A DNA stretch of 64,000 nt, from assembly GCA_036517335.1 (NCBI GenBank), contig DATDWX010000033.1, forward strand, positions 9 to 64,008. The letters are read 5' to 3'. A model generated the notes under the pieces. It made no database searches, was not told where the DNA came from, and was given only the letters and a program-made list of their open reading frames with translations. This document shows, in pieces, positions 1 to 9,654 of this stretch; position 1 is the first letter of the stretch; each line of letters begins with the position of its first letter. Origin of the DNA: Minisyncoccota bacterium. GTDB lineage: Bacteria; Patescibacteriota; Minisyncoccia; Phycocordibacterales; UBA2100. The position numbers and the translations under genes were made by a program.

Positions 1-233
1 AATTGAATCAACCGTATCGATTACTCGCTGAACCGGCGCGACGTCTGCCTTAATGGCATCCCTCTTTTCCAAAGATTCTCCCGCAATACGCGCGTGCTCT
101 TTTCCATTCGGTGTTAGATTTCCAGCTTCGTCTTTTTCGGCGTGTCTGGTAAAGATGGCGTGTATCTCAACATTACGCCCAAATCTTTCTTTGGATTCAA
201 CTGCATTTTCTAGTTTTGGTTCTCTTGATTCCA
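1..233 (-). CDS. Histidine phosphatase (PGAM-like) family protein, N-terminal part; the gene continues beyond the window start
   Basis: Reverse-strand translation gives MESREPKLENAVESKERFGRNVEIHAIFTRHAEKDEAGNLTPNGKEHARIAGESL... with an RH(A)E catalytic-motif context. The ORF is open to the window edge and is absent from the ORF track because it has no stop. Confidence 0.4.
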
Positions 234-305
234 TATTTAATACCATCTTATCACCCTTGGGTTCGTTTTCACAGAGCCACCGCATAAAAATCCGAAAAGG
301 AAAAA

Positions 306-410
306 CCCGCCCGCATTCATTCCCCAGACCCCTTTCTGCGGGCGGGAGAAGAGCCGAGGTTTTGCGAAATCCTTTTCCCCAGAAAATAGTTTTCGCAAAA
401 CCGAGCCCGC
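306..410. repeat. Nested GC-rich hairpins (cccgcccgca/tgcgggcggg; gccgaggttttgcgaaa/tttcgcaaaaccgagc), related to the palindrome inside the GT2 gene
   Basis: Inverted repeats read directly from the sequence. It shares the gcgggcggg and aggttttgc blocks with the 2335-2424 element. Confidence 0.6.
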
Positions 411-450
411 ATTGAAGCCCCGCCACACTGCCCGAATACTTGGAGGGCAG

Positions 451-541
451 AACCCCAAAAAGAAAAATGTCCTTTCCTTTTTCAGAGAAAATTAGTCGCG
501 CGCAAATCCGAAAAGCAAGGAACATTTTTCTTTTTGGGGTT
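451..541. repeat. 91-bp palindrome with 24-bp arms (aaccccaaaaagaaaaatgtcctt / aaggaacatttttctttttggggtt)
   Basis: Near-perfect inverted repeat with a partly self-complementary interior. Sits in the intergenic region between two minus-strand genes. Confidence 0.6.
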
Positions 542-683
542 GCCGAGCGGAGCGAGGCGGTGGCGGGGCTTTCTCGGAGCGTATGATTTAATTTAGAGCC
601 ACCACGCGCTCCGCGCGTGCGATTAGCCATCGTTACGAATTTTTGATAAAATAGGTTCGAGTGAAGTCATAAAGACACTCACA

Positions 684-1406
684 TTATTTTTTCTTCACCG
701 GTGTCGAGGTCGCGGCTTTTTGGAGGGTTTTGAGTTGCGGGAGGATTTTTTGAATATCGTCCGTATTTTTGAGGCCGTAATACACTTTGCCATTGATCAC
801 GAGCGCTGGCAGCTTATCCTTCACGTCGTTGATCGAGATCAGCGTCTGCAGCGCTCCGATACCCAAATTGTAGTCAAAGGAGTAGACGCGGAGCTGCGGG
901 TACGTTTGTGAAAGCGAAGTCAGCACGTACCCCTGATTCTCGCAGTCCTTGCAATCGCCCTTGTTCGAATAGAAATAGAGAATAAAAACTGGCTTCAATT
1001 TGCACTTTTCCGCGAGCTGTTGCATGAGGAGATAATCCTTGATCTCGAGCAGGGAATACAGCCGCTTCAGCCGCGTGACCTCCGATAGATTGCTCTGGCC
1101 CGGCAAGCCACCACCCTGCGCTTCCATATACGAGAGCTGATTGCCGAGGGAGGCAAGCTCAGACGGAAGGATGGTATTTTCGCCGATGTCGGTGCATGAG
1201 TGCTGCGCGAGGAGATCAAACTGCGTCTCGAGTGAAAGGATGTCGGTGGAAATGGTGTCTTGCGCGGCGCGAATATCGCTGATGCGTGCGTTGTTGAAAT
1301 AGTTGGATGCGTACAGAGCAACGGCAAACATGAGCCCCGTGATGAGGAGCGCGACTATGTAGCTTCCCCAGCGGGCCGTGCGTGTGTTGATGACGGGTTG
1401 TTCCAT
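684..1406 (-). CDS. Membrane-anchored protein with a C-terminal thioredoxin-like CxxC (CKDC) domain, possibly a thiol-disulfide oxidoreductase
   Basis: N-terminal TM helix, a CKDC motif in a Trx-like context (FILYFYSNKGDCKDCENQGY), 240 aa. Confidence 0.4.
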   Translation of the reverse strand: MEQPVINTRTARWGSYIVALLITGLMFAVALYASNYFNNARISDIRAAQDTISTDILSLETQFDLLAQHSCTDIGENTILPSELASLGNQLSYMEAQGGGLPGQSNLSEVTRLKRLYSLLEIKDYLLMQQLAEKCKLKPVFILYFYSNKGDCKDCENQGYVLTSLSQTYPQLRVYSFDYNLGIGALQTLISINDVKDKLPALVINGKVYYGLKNTDDIQKILPQLKTLQKAATSTPVKKK

Positions 1407-1407
1407 A

Positions 1408-2805
1408 CTATCGCCACCGTACGCCGGTTTGAAACACCGCCCGAAAGAGGGCAGTGCCCAGCCAGAGCGGAACGAGAAAACTGTAGAAAAGTAGGAAGAG
1501 CGGTGTCGCCTTGGGCGGCAAACGCTTATTCGTGCCGATCATCGTGCCTGCGCACAGGAGCACCACGATCATCGCAACCGCCATATACACGAGGAACCAC
1601 AACGCGCTTGTATTGAAGTAAAAAAGATCGAATGATAGCTCTGGATAGATGCCGGTCGCGTATGTTCTCTCGACGACCTCCGCAATCCATCGCGTCGAAA
1701 AAAAGGCAATGCGCGCGAAGAAATAGATGCCCGCGAAGACTGAGGTGATGGCAAAAGGTAAGATGACGAGCCCGAGATTGCCGAACTCACGATTGCCGAA
1801 CATGTGGCGATAGTCTACGGCATTGCGCAGCCACCCGTATGTCCAGCGTACACGCTGGCGGAAGAGACCGCGCAATTTCGCAGGTGTCGCAGTGTGTACG
1901 ATCGCAGTAGGTACGTTGGCGATCAAGAACCCCGCATTTTGTACCCGCAGTGCCATCTCCATGTCTTCGGTGGCGTGGCCACGCCGCCAGCCGCCAAGCT
2001 CGCGCACCACTGAGGCGCGAAAGAGTGAAAATGGCCCCGGTGTGATGAAGGCGCTTCCGAGCGCCGCAAGCATGAAGCGGTTGAAGATACTCAATCGGTA
2101 TTCGACATGTTGCATGTGTTGCAGGATTGTCTTCGGGTCTTTTACGTGAATGCCGGGGGTTGCAGCGGCGACTGTTGTGTTTTCAAACACCGGTGCCATT
2201 GCGCGCAGCGCCCCAGGCTCTACGACTGAATCGGCATCCAAGCACCCAACGATATCGGCGGATGTGCGCTCAAGCGCGAAGTTCATCGCCGAATGTTTGC
2301 CACCGTTGGCTTTGTGAAATACCCTGATATGAGGGCGGGCGGGCAAGGTTTTGCCGCCTGCGGGACTTCCCGCCTGCTGGCGGGTTCGGACAAAGTCCTC
2401 GTCGGCAAAACCTTGCCCGCCCGCTACCGCGTCCTCAAATGTCTGCGCGATTTTGAGGGTATTGTCGGTCGAGCCGTCGTCCACCACAATGATCTCAAAT
2501 TTCTCGCGTGGATAATCGAGCGCGAGCAGGGAAGCTACGGTGCCCGCTATCGTTTTTTCTTCGTTGAAACACGGCACAACGATCGCGACCGTGGGTAGTG
2601 TGCCGCTTCCTTTCGCTGGCGAGCGCGTGCCTTTCAACTGCCGTTCGATGAAGGCCGCAAGCAAAAAAACCTCGAAATAGAGGGAGGCGAAAAGAAATCC
2701 ATAGACGATCCATAGGTCGGCTGTCATGGCGAACGAGTATAGCAAAAAAGCGAGGATTTTGCTATATTTTTTGGATGCGTGGCCACATCCACCCGATTTC
2801 CTCAC
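1408..2805 (-). CDS. Family 2 glycosyltransferase, processive type (PgaC/cellulose-synthase-like), multi-TM
   Basis: VVPCFNEE...VVDDGSTDNT (DxD), a Q-R-V-R-W motif (QRVRWTYGW), and flanking TM helices. Confidence 0.8.
   Translation of the reverse strand: MRKSGGCGHASKKYSKILAFLLYSFAMTADLWIVYGFLFASLYFEVFLLAAFIERQLKGTRSPAKGSGTLPTVAIVVPCFNEEKTIAGTVASLLALDYPREKFEIIVVDDGSTDNTLKIAQTFEDAVAGGQGFADEDFVRTRQQAGSPAGGKTLPARPHIRVFHKANGGKHSAMNFALERTSADIVGCLDADSVVEPGALRAMAPVFENTTVAAATPGIHVKDPKTILQHMQHVEYRLSIFNRFMLAALGSAFITPGPFSLFRASVVRELGGWRRGHATEDMEMALRVQNAGFLIANVPTAIVHTATPAKLRGLFRQRVRWTYGWLRNAVDYRHMFGNREFGNLGLVILPFAITSVFAGIYFFARIAFFSTRWIAEVVERTYATGIYPELSFDLFYFNTSALWFLVYMAVAMIVVLLCAGTMIGTNKRLPPKATPLFLLFYSFLVPLWLGTALFRAVFQTGVRWR
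2335..2424. repeat. 90-bp GC-rich palindromic element inserted in frame in the GT2 gene (22-bp arms gcgggcgggcaaggttttgccg / cggcaaaaccttgcccgcccgc)
   Basis: Perfect 22-bp inverted arms. It encodes a roughly 30-aa insertion (VAGGQGFADEDFVRTRQQAGSPAGGKTLPARP) between the DxD region and the conserved HKANGGK block of GT2 enzymes. Confidence 0.75.
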
Positions 2806-3503
2806 TCATCCGCGAGGCCAATAAGATTTTCTTCGATACGGGGTTTACCTTTGTCGAAGGACCACTCGTAGAGAGCGAATGGTACAACTTCGATGCCCTC
2901 AATGTACCCAAGGATCATCCAGCACGTGATATGCAGGACACTTTTTTCATAAAGGACGAGAAGGAAATGGTACTGCGTACGCACACCTCACCAGTGCAGG
3001 TGCGTTACATGGAATCGCAAATGAAAAAAGGAATTCTTCCGCCATATCGCATCATCGTGCCAGGCAAAGTGTTTCGCAATGAAGCAACCGACATCACACA
3101 CGAAGCCGAATTTTTCCAATTAGAGGGATTGGTTGTTTCAGACGACACGACACTGGGGCACATGAAATGGACGATCAATCATTTTCTAAAAAAGGTATTC
3201 CGCGACATCGAGGTAGAGACCAGATACCGCCCCAGCTTTTTCCCGTTCGTCGAACCAGGACTTGAAGTGGATATGCAGCTCAGGGGAGCAAAGGCGCCTG
3301 AAAAATTACGTGATCGTTGGATAGAAATGATGGGCGCGGGCATGGTGCATCCCAATGTGCTGAAAAGCGCGGGCGTCGATTCCGAAAAGTACCGCGGTTT
3401 CGCATTTGGCATGGGCCTCGATCGCCTCGCAATTCTGCGCTGGGGCATAGACGACATCCGTCTCATGCACTCCGCGGATTTACGATTCATCAACCAATTC
3501 TGA
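2775..3503 (+). CDS. pheS: Phenylalanine--tRNA ligase alpha subunit (short form, catalytic core only)
   Basis: Class II motifs (FTFVEGP, DTFF, FPFVEPG, GAGMVHP, AFGMGLDRL). 242 aa. Confidence 0.85.
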   Translation: MRGHIHPISSLIREANKIFFDTGFTFVEGPLVESEWYNFDALNVPKDHPARDMQDTFFIKDEKEMVLRTHTSPVQVRYMESQMKKGILPPYRIIVPGKVFRNEATDITHEAEFFQLEGLVVSDDTTLGHMKWTINHFLKKVFRDIEVETRYRPSFFPFVEPGLEVDMQLRGAKAPEKLRDRWIEMMGAGMVHPNVLKSAGVDSEKYRGFAFGMGLDRLAILRWGIDDIRLMHSADLRFINQF

Positions 3504-3505
3504 TT

Positions 3506-5386
3506 ATGAAAGTTTCTCGCAATTGGCTCCAACGTTTCTTCAATGAAGAACTTCCGAGTGCGGCAGCCCTCGCCGAAGCGCTCACTTTTCATGCGTTTGA
3601 GATCGAAAGTGTCGAGGCACTGTCAAAGGGGAGTCCTCGAGCTGTAAGAGGGGAGTCCTCTGACAACGGTAATGATTGGATACTTGATGTAAAGGTCACG
3701 CCCAATCGCGGGCATGATTGCCTCTCGCACCACGGAATTGCCAAGGAGTTTTCTGCCATCTTGCAATTACCGATGAAAAGCGATCCACTGCGGGAGGAAG
3801 TTTCTCTTAAGCCGCGATATAGCGATATATCGCTACATATTGAAAATGCGAATCTGTGCCCGAGGTTCGTAGCCGCATATATTGCAAGTATCAAAGTCGG
3901 CCCGTCACCCGAATGGCTTCGCAAACACCTTGAATCCATCGGACAGAAATCGGTCAACAACGTTGTCGACGCGACTAATTTCGTCATGTTCGATCTCGGC
4001 CAACCCCTCCATGCCTTTGATGCTGGCAAACTTCATAAGAAAGACAATGTGTATTCATTGATCATTAGACCTGCAAAAAGAGGAGAGACCGTTACCGGTT
4101 TGGATGACAAAACATATGCGCTAAACGAGACAATGCTTGCCATCGTTGACGGGGTCGCATCGATCGTCGCGAGTATTGCGGGCATAAAGGGCGGGAAGCC
4201 AACAGGAATAGACGAGACGACGACGGACATTATTCTCGAAGGGGCGAATTGGAATGGGGCGAATATCCGGAAAACGTCGCAAGCACTCAAGCTTCGCACC
4301 GATGCGTCATCGCGATTCGAGCAGGTGATCTCGCCGGAGCTCGCTCCATACGGCGTGCGAGCATGCGCGGATCTTATCTGTGAGATCGCAGGTGGGGAAG
4401 TCGTTGGTTTCGTCGACGAGTACCCTAATAAACAGCAGCAAACAAGCATATCGGTCGATGCAGGGCGCATCAATGCTATTCTCGGCTCGAAACTCTCCGA
4501 TGCTGAAGTTGGGGGTGCGCTCACGCGCCTCGATTTGCCTTTTACCAAATCAGGCGACGCGTTCGTGATCGAACCTCCCTTTGAGCGGCTCGATCTTACT
4601 GTCCCCGAAGATATTGCCGAGGAAGTGGGTCGCATCACAGGGTACGACAAAATTCCGCCTGTTGAGTTGCCGCCCATGTCAACCAAACCTGAAGTCAATC
4701 CGAATTTTTATGCTGCCGAGCGTGCGCGTGAGGAGTACGTCGCGAAGGGCTACTCGGAAGTCTACACATCAATATTTGCCGACGACGGCGAACGTGTCAT
4801 CGCCAACAAGGTGGACGGCGTCCGGCCGTATTTACGAACAAATCTCGATATTGGTCTTGGAATTGCACTAGAGAGAAATGTCCGCAACAAAGATCTTCTA
4901 GGGCTTAAACAAGTGAAATTGTTTGAAATAGGAACTGTATGGAAAGATAATAAAGAAACAATCGTTTTTAACAGTTATTGCGAAACACCCACCAATAAAG
5001 ATAGCGTTGTGTCGGGCGAGCGATCAGGAGATAAACCGTTGACAGATTACATTTCTGAAATTCTAAAACAGTATGATGAATTGCCGCTGTCAGAAACAAA
5101 GCGCTATGTCCCGTTTTCTAAGTATCCATTCATTGTGCGCGATATTGCATTGTGGGTTTCTGCAGGTACGAAAGAAGACGATGTGCTTGAAATAATCCGC
5201 ACTCATGCGGGCGAATTGCTCGTCCTCAGCGAATTGTTTGACACGTTCAAGAAGGGCGAGCGCACCTCACTCGCCTTCCGACTCGTCTTCCAGTCCTTCG
5301 ACCGCACGCTTACCGATTTCGATGCAAATGAGCGGATGGCGAGTATTTCAAGTGCACTAAAAGCAAAAGGATTTGAGATTCGATGA
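3506..5386 (+). CDS. pheT: Phenylalanine--tRNA ligase beta subunit (short, 626 aa)
   Basis: Starts MKVSRNWLQRFF 3 nt after the pheS stop. B3/4, B5 and FDX-ACB-like C-terminus. Confidence 0.85.
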   Translation: MKVSRNWLQRFFNEELPSAAALAEALTFHAFEIESVEALSKGSPRAVRGESSDNGNDWILDVKVTPNRGHDCLSHHGIAKEFSAILQLPMKSDPLREEVSLKPRYSDISLHIENANLCPRFVAAYIASIKVGPSPEWLRKHLESIGQKSVNNVVDATNFVMFDLGQPLHAFDAGKLHKKDNVYSLIIRPAKRGETVTGLDDKTYALNETMLAIVDGVASIVASIAGIKGGKPTGIDETTTDIILEGANWNGANIRKTSQALKLRTDASSRFEQVISPELAPYGVRACADLICEIAGGEVVGFVDEYPNKQQQTSISVDAGRINAILGSKLSDAEVGGALTRLDLPFTKSGDAFVIEPPFERLDLTVPEDIAEEVGRITGYDKIPPVELPPMSTKPEVNPNFYAAERAREEYVAKGYSEVYTSIFADDGERVIANKVDGVRPYLRTNLDIGLGIALERNVRNKDLLGLKQVKLFEIGTVWKDNKETIVFNSYCETPTNKDSVVSGERSGDKPLTDYISEILKQYDELPLSETKRYVPFSKYPFIVRDIALWVSAGTKEDDVLEIIRTHAGELLVLSELFDTFKKGERTSLAFRLVFQSFDRTLTDFDANERMASISSALKAKGFEIR

Positions 5387-5485
5387 GGGGCCTAAACGCG
5401 CCTCTATTGAGCCACATATTGGGTATTGCAGGGCTGGCAATCTGCTCCGTTTGGAGTATACTGGAGGGGCGGGACTTTTTCATTT

Positions 5486-7525
5486 ATGGCAGACAAAAAA
5501 AAGAAGAAGGCGGGTTCATACAACGCCGCGGACATCACCGTCCTCGAGGGATTGGAGGCGGTACGGAGGAGGCCGGGGATGTACATCGGCACGACCGACA
5601 CGTCGGGCTTGCATCATCTTGTCTGGGAAGTATTCGACAATTCGCGCGACGAGGCGATGGGTGGTTTTGCAAACGACATCGAAGTGGCGCTCCTTCCCGA
5701 CGGCTCGGTGCGCGTCGCCGACAATGGTCGCGGCATTCCAGTAGACGTCCATTCGAAAACAAAAGTCTCCGCGCTCGAAACGGTAATGACAAAATTGCAC
5801 GCCGGTGGCAAATTCGGTGGTGAAGGCTACAAGGTATCCGGCGGCTTGCACGGCGTGGGTGTCTCGGTCGTCAATGCGCTTTCGGATGCGGTGCGTGCGG
5901 AAGTGCATCGTGATGGCGGCGCATACGTGCAGGAATATAAAAATGGTGGCACGCCCGTGAGTAAGATCAAAAGAATGGGCTCGTCGGATCTGCACGGCAC
6001 CATCATCCGCTTTCGCCCCGATTCTTCGGTCTTTCCGGAACGCACATTCAATTGGGAGACGATCGTGGCACATATGCGCCAGCAAGCGTACCTCGTGCGC
6101 GGTTTGAGGATCTCTATCCTCGATCTGCGGCAGGTGCCCAAAGTCGACGTAGAGGACGCGTTCTATGTTCGTGAGCTGGGCATCGAAGCTCCCTCGGTGA
6201 GCTTTTATTTCGAGGGTGGTCTCCGCAGTCTCGTGGCGTTCCAGAATCGTCATCAGGAGCCCATCCACAAAACTATTTTTTACGTGGAGAAGGAAGAAGA
6301 CAACGTGCAGGTGGAGATAGCACTGCAGTATGTAGACGACATCAACGCGCGTCTTTCCGCTTTTGCAAATAATATCTACACTGCCGAAGGCGGTATGCAT
6401 GTGACCGGTTTCAAGGGCGCTCTCACCCGTTCGCTGAACGCACAAATAAAGAACGGTGGTGGCAAGGAGAGCGAGAGTTTTACCGGCGACGACTGCCTGG
6501 AGGGGATGACGGCGGTCATTTCGGTAAAGCTGCGTGAGATCCAATTTGAGGGACAAACGAAAGCCAAGCTCGGCTCGGTAGAGGCGCGCGCCGCGACGGA
6601 GGCGGTGTTTGGGGAAGCATTCAGCGCTTTTCTCGAAGAGCATCCTGACGAAGCCCGGGCAATCATCGCGAAAGTAAGCTTGGCCATGAAGGCGCGCAAG
6701 GCAGCCAAGGCCGCTAAGGATTCGATCCTGCGCAAAGGCGCCCTAGACGGCATGACACTGCCGGGCAAACTTGCCGACTGCCAAACGAAATCAGCAGAGG
6801 AATCCGAGCTGTTTATCGTCGAGGGGGATTCCGCCGGTGGCACTGCCAAAGCAGGTCGCGATCGCCGTACACAGGCGATATTGCCGCTGCGCGGAAAGAT
6901 CCTCAACATCGAGCGGGCGCGACTCGACAAAATGCTCGCCTCCGAGCAGATACGAAATCTTGTGGTCGCTCTCGGGACAGCGATAGGGGATATTTTTGAC
7001 ATTTCCAAATTGCGGTATCACAAGATCATTATCGCCACCGATGCCGACGTGGACGGCGCGCACATCCGCACGCTGCTCCTTACGCTTTTATTCCGACACT
7101 TCCGTCCGGTCATTGACGGCGGCTTTCTCTACATTGCGCAGCCGCCGCTCTACAAGATCAGAAAGGGGAAGGAAGTCGCGTATGCATACAGCGAGGCCGA
7201 AAAGGTTGGCATTGCGGGGAAAGATACCCCGATTGAAGAAGAAACATCGGGGCAAGGGGAGCCAGAGATTCAAGAGGCGACGCCTCTTGAATCTGGGAAA
7301 CGAACTCCAAAAATTTCGGTACAACGCTACAAAGGTCTGGGTGAGATGAATGCCGAGGAATTGTGGGAGACAACGATGGATCCGGCCAAACGCGTGCTTA
7401 TGCAAGTCACCATCCTCGATGCCCAAGAGGCCGACCAGGTCTTCGATATGCTCATGGGCACCGACGTCCCAGCCCGCAAGTCATTCATCCAGTCTCACGC
7501 GCGCGAAGCGACGCTGGATATTTAG
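5486..7525 (+). CDS. gyrB: DNA gyrase subunit B
   Basis: MADKKKK..YNAADITVLEGLEAVRRRPGMYIG, the GHKL ATPase, a TOPRIM (EGDSAGG) and QRYKGLGEM. Confidence 0.95.
   Translation: MADKKKKKAGSYNAADITVLEGLEAVRRRPGMYIGTTDTSGLHHLVWEVFDNSRDEAMGGFANDIEVALLPDGSVRVADNGRGIPVDVHSKTKVSALETVMTKLHAGGKFGGEGYKVSGGLHGVGVSVVNALSDAVRAEVHRDGGAYVQEYKNGGTPVSKIKRMGSSDLHGTIIRFRPDSSVFPERTFNWETIVAHMRQQAYLVRGLRISILDLRQVPKVDVEDAFYVRELGIEAPSVSFYFEGGLRSLVAFQNRHQEPIHKTIFYVEKEEDNVQVEIALQYVDDINARLSAFANNIYTAEGGMHVTGFKGALTRSLNAQIKNGGGKESESFTGDDCLEGMTAVISVKLREIQFEGQTKAKLGSVEARAATEAVFGEAFSAFLEEHPDEARAIIAKVSLAMKARKAAKAAKDSILRKGALDGMTLPGKLADCQTKSAEESELFIVEGDSAGGTAKAGRDRRTQAILPLRGKILNIERARLDKMLASEQIRNLVVALGTAIGDIFDISKLRYHKIIIATDADVDGAHIRTLLLTLLFRHFRPVIDGGFLYIAQPPLYKIRKGKEVAYAYSEAEKVGIAGKDTPIEEETSGQGEPEIQEATPLESGKRTPKISVQRYKGLGEMNAEELWETTMDPAKRVLMQVTILDAQEADQVFDMLMGTDVPARKSFIQSHAREATLDI
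7267..7293. repeat. 27-bp perfect palindrome GATTCAAGAGGCGACGCCTCTTGAATC lying in frame in gyrB (encodes IQEATPLES)
   Basis: Exact palindrome. It sits in the variable loop before QRYKGLGEM, which is about 25 aa longer than in the B. subtilis GyrB. Confidence 0.8.
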
Positions 7526-8592
7526 TACATCACGATAGCGGCTTGGTTGTTGGTCTTGATGGATTCGACTACCTGGCCGATCGGATCCACGATAACGGTG
7601 AAAGTGCCGCCACGGATCGCTTGCGAGAAGCGCAGGGTGTTGACGATATGTTCTCCAGGCGCGAGGGGAATTTGTTCTACGGACGTGTAGGTAGAGGGTG
7701 CCGGGATGGGGAGAAGCGCCTGGAAATACCAAGTGTTCGTCTTCGTGCCGCCGATATTCGCGATGTCAAACTCCACCCCGACGATGTCGTAAGGAGATGT
7801 GGGCGCGCGGTTGATGAGGGCGCCCGAAGAGGGGTCTATCACCCCGATCGCGATGATAACTACCCGCAGGTCTGCCGGCCCGCTCGCAGCATGCGCGACC
7901 AGGTTGGCGGCAGGACGTTTGGCCTTGTATGAATAGGTGGGTGCTGATTTTTTTACCACTGGCTTTGCGGGTGTTTGGGTAGCTGGCTTCTGCACGGGCA
8001 GCATGACCGCAGGCTGCGCCTGTGCCTTCGGCGCGATGACGATCGTTGCGCTGCCTTCCGCGCGCGTACCGGTCGCGCTTGGGGTGAAGAAGATTGAGAT
8101 GGGGACGGAAACAGAGTTCATGCCACTCAAAACGGGCACGAGCACCGCAGCGGTGGACGAGGCAACGTTGATCGAAGCGCCGCAGGGGACGCGGCTCACG
8201 GCCCCACCTCGTCCTTGTGTGGTGAATTCAAAACCCTTCTCGCACTTGTAGAGGAACGAGTAGGAGCCAGCCTGCGCAGCCGATCCAGCACTCGTCGGCG
8301 TGATTTTCCATGAAATGGTTATTGGCTCACTTGAAGTCGCGTTTTTCGGAGCGGTAATCTCCACTTTTGGCGCAGACCGCAGCCACGACCAAACGGAAAA
8401 ATTGGAAAGGGAAGCGATGTGCACCACGCCCCACATGATGATGAATGTCAGTATGATAAAGCCGGCAATCGCGAGTGCGTTGGACACGAAGCTCATGCTC
8501 GCGCTCTCCTGGGGGCTTGGGAGGAGCTTTTGTGGGGGTTTTGGTGCTTCAGCCATGGCGATATTTTTACAGAATAATGATCGGTGTGTCAA
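7522..8592 (-). CDS. Hypothetical N-terminally anchored extracellular protein (beta-rich)
   Basis: TM helix near the N-terminus, Thr/Ser/Pro-rich linker, beta-rich C-terminus. Confidence 0.45.
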   Translation of the reverse strand: MTHRSLFCKNIAMAEAPKPPQKLLPSPQESASMSFVSNALAIAGFIILTFIIMWGVVHIASLSNFSVWSWLRSAPKVEITAPKNATSSEPITISWKITPTSAGSAAQAGSYSFLYKCEKGFEFTTQGRGGAVSRVPCGASINVASSTAAVLVPVLSGMNSVSVPISIFFTPSATGTRAEGSATIVIAPKAQAQPAVMLPVQKPATQTPAKPVVKKSAPTYSYKAKRPAANLVAHAASGPADLRVVIIAIGVIDPSSGALINRAPTSPYDIVGVEFDIANIGGTKTNTWYFQALLPIPAPSTYTSVEQIPLAPGEHIVNTLRFSQAIRGGTFTVIVDPIGQVVESIKTNNQAAIVMY

Positions 8593-8616
8593 ATGATCGT
8601 TGGGCGGGGCACTGGG

Positions 8617-8646
8617 TTGACAAGTACCCTTATATCATGGTAATAT
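8617..8646 (+). promoter_or_regulatory. Sigma70-type promoter (TTGACA-18-TAATAT) upstream of the sortase gene
   Basis: Hexamers read directly. The ATG is 13 nt downstream of the -10 box. Confidence 0.45.
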
Positions 8647-8658
8647 CCCACTGTCAAT

Positions 8659-9342
8659 ATGACTAGACCTTCCTTACAGACTCGTCCCAAAGCACCCGCT
8701 TCTGTCTTTCTCGCCGCCACGGTGCTGATATTCTTCTTGTCGCTTTCGGCCGCTGATTCAGTGGGTTTTGTGCCGAGCTACATCGATGGCTCTTCGCCCG
8801 CTGGCGAATCGTTTGCCGCCAACGAAATTTCACTCGCTGACCTTCCACAGCTGGGAGAAGCTGATACTGCGCCAGTCAACGCGCCTGCACGCGTGGCTCT
8901 TACGGCGCTCCCCGTGCGTATCAACATCTCCTCTGTCGGCATTGACTTGCCCGTGCAAAATCCCAAAACGACCGAGGTCGGCGCACTTGATGCGCTTCTC
9001 AAGAAAGGTCCCGCGCGCTACGCCGATTCGGCGCGACTTGGCGAGAATGGCAATGTAGTCCTCTTCGCACATTCTTCACACTTGCCGATCGTCCGCAATA
9101 AAATGTACCAAGCGTTCAACAACATCCCCGACGCACAAGCGGGAGACATTGTGATCCTCACGGGCTCTGACGGCAGAGAATACATCTACAGCGTGGACTC
9201 GGTGGTCAAAGCGAGCACCAATGACGGTACGACCATCCCACTCACGGCCGCGGGCGCCAAGCTCACCTTGGTAACCTGCGACACCCTTACCGGCAAATCT
9301 GCTCGCTATATTCTGACCGCAAGCTTCGTCGGGACCGACTAA
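8659..9342 (+). CDS. Sortase family transpeptidase
   Basis: N-terminal TM anchor, catalytic His (LFAHSSH), TLVTC cysteine motif and downstream Arg. Confidence 0.8.
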   Translation: MTRPSLQTRPKAPASVFLAATVLIFFLSLSAADSVGFVPSYIDGSSPAGESFAANEISLADLPQLGEADTAPVNAPARVALTALPVRINISSVGIDLPVQNPKTTEVGALDALLKKGPARYADSARLGENGNVVLFAHSSHLPIVRNKMYQAFNNIPDAQAGDIVILTGSDGREYIYSVDSVVKASTNDGTTIPLTAAGAKLTLVTCDTLTGKSARYILTASFVGTD

Positions 9343-9645
9343 TCACTCGGTACCCAGCTGTTTTTTCAGGTCGGCGATGTGCGCCTGGTCGTCGAGTTTT
9401 CTATCCTCGACGGCAAGATCGCGCAGAGCCTGTAGTCCTTCCTGTTGCATTCGTCCAATTTCTTTCGTGGCAGCTGCCCGACTGCGCAGCGCATCTTCGA
9501 AAAAGATAAGTGTGAGGCGTTCTTGTACGTCTTCGGGGAATTCGGCGAAGTGATCTGTCAAGTAAGCGCGTGCCGCCGCTTCGTCCCCGCTCTCAACAAA
9601 ACCAAGAAAGGTTTTGTATAGTGACATCGTAGCAATCGGTTCCAT
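9343..9645 (-). CDS. Hypothetical alpha-helical protein
   Basis: ORF only. Tightly packed with the next gene. Confidence 0.35.
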   Translation of the reverse strand: MEPIATMSLYKTFLGFVESGDEAAARAYLTDHFAEFPEDVQERLTLIFFEDALRSRAAATKEIGRMQQEGLQALRDLAVEDRKLDDQAHIADLKKQLGTE

Positions 9646-9654
9646 AGATGAAGT

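Noticed and set aside
53-458. ORFs 53-415 (+) and 237-458 (-) in the first 460 bp
   Set aside because: They run through the palindrome/hairpin cluster and have low-complexity translations. The better-supported reading is a minus-strand histidine-phosphatase-like gene ending at 233, followed by a non-coding, structured spacer.
5516-6643. Long antisense ORFs inside gyrB (5516-6643), dnaG (38119-39288), dnaE (20397-21032), rpoB/rpoC and valS
   Set aside because: These are shadow ORFs typical of GC-rich coding DNA. The sense-strand genes have unambiguous family signatures.
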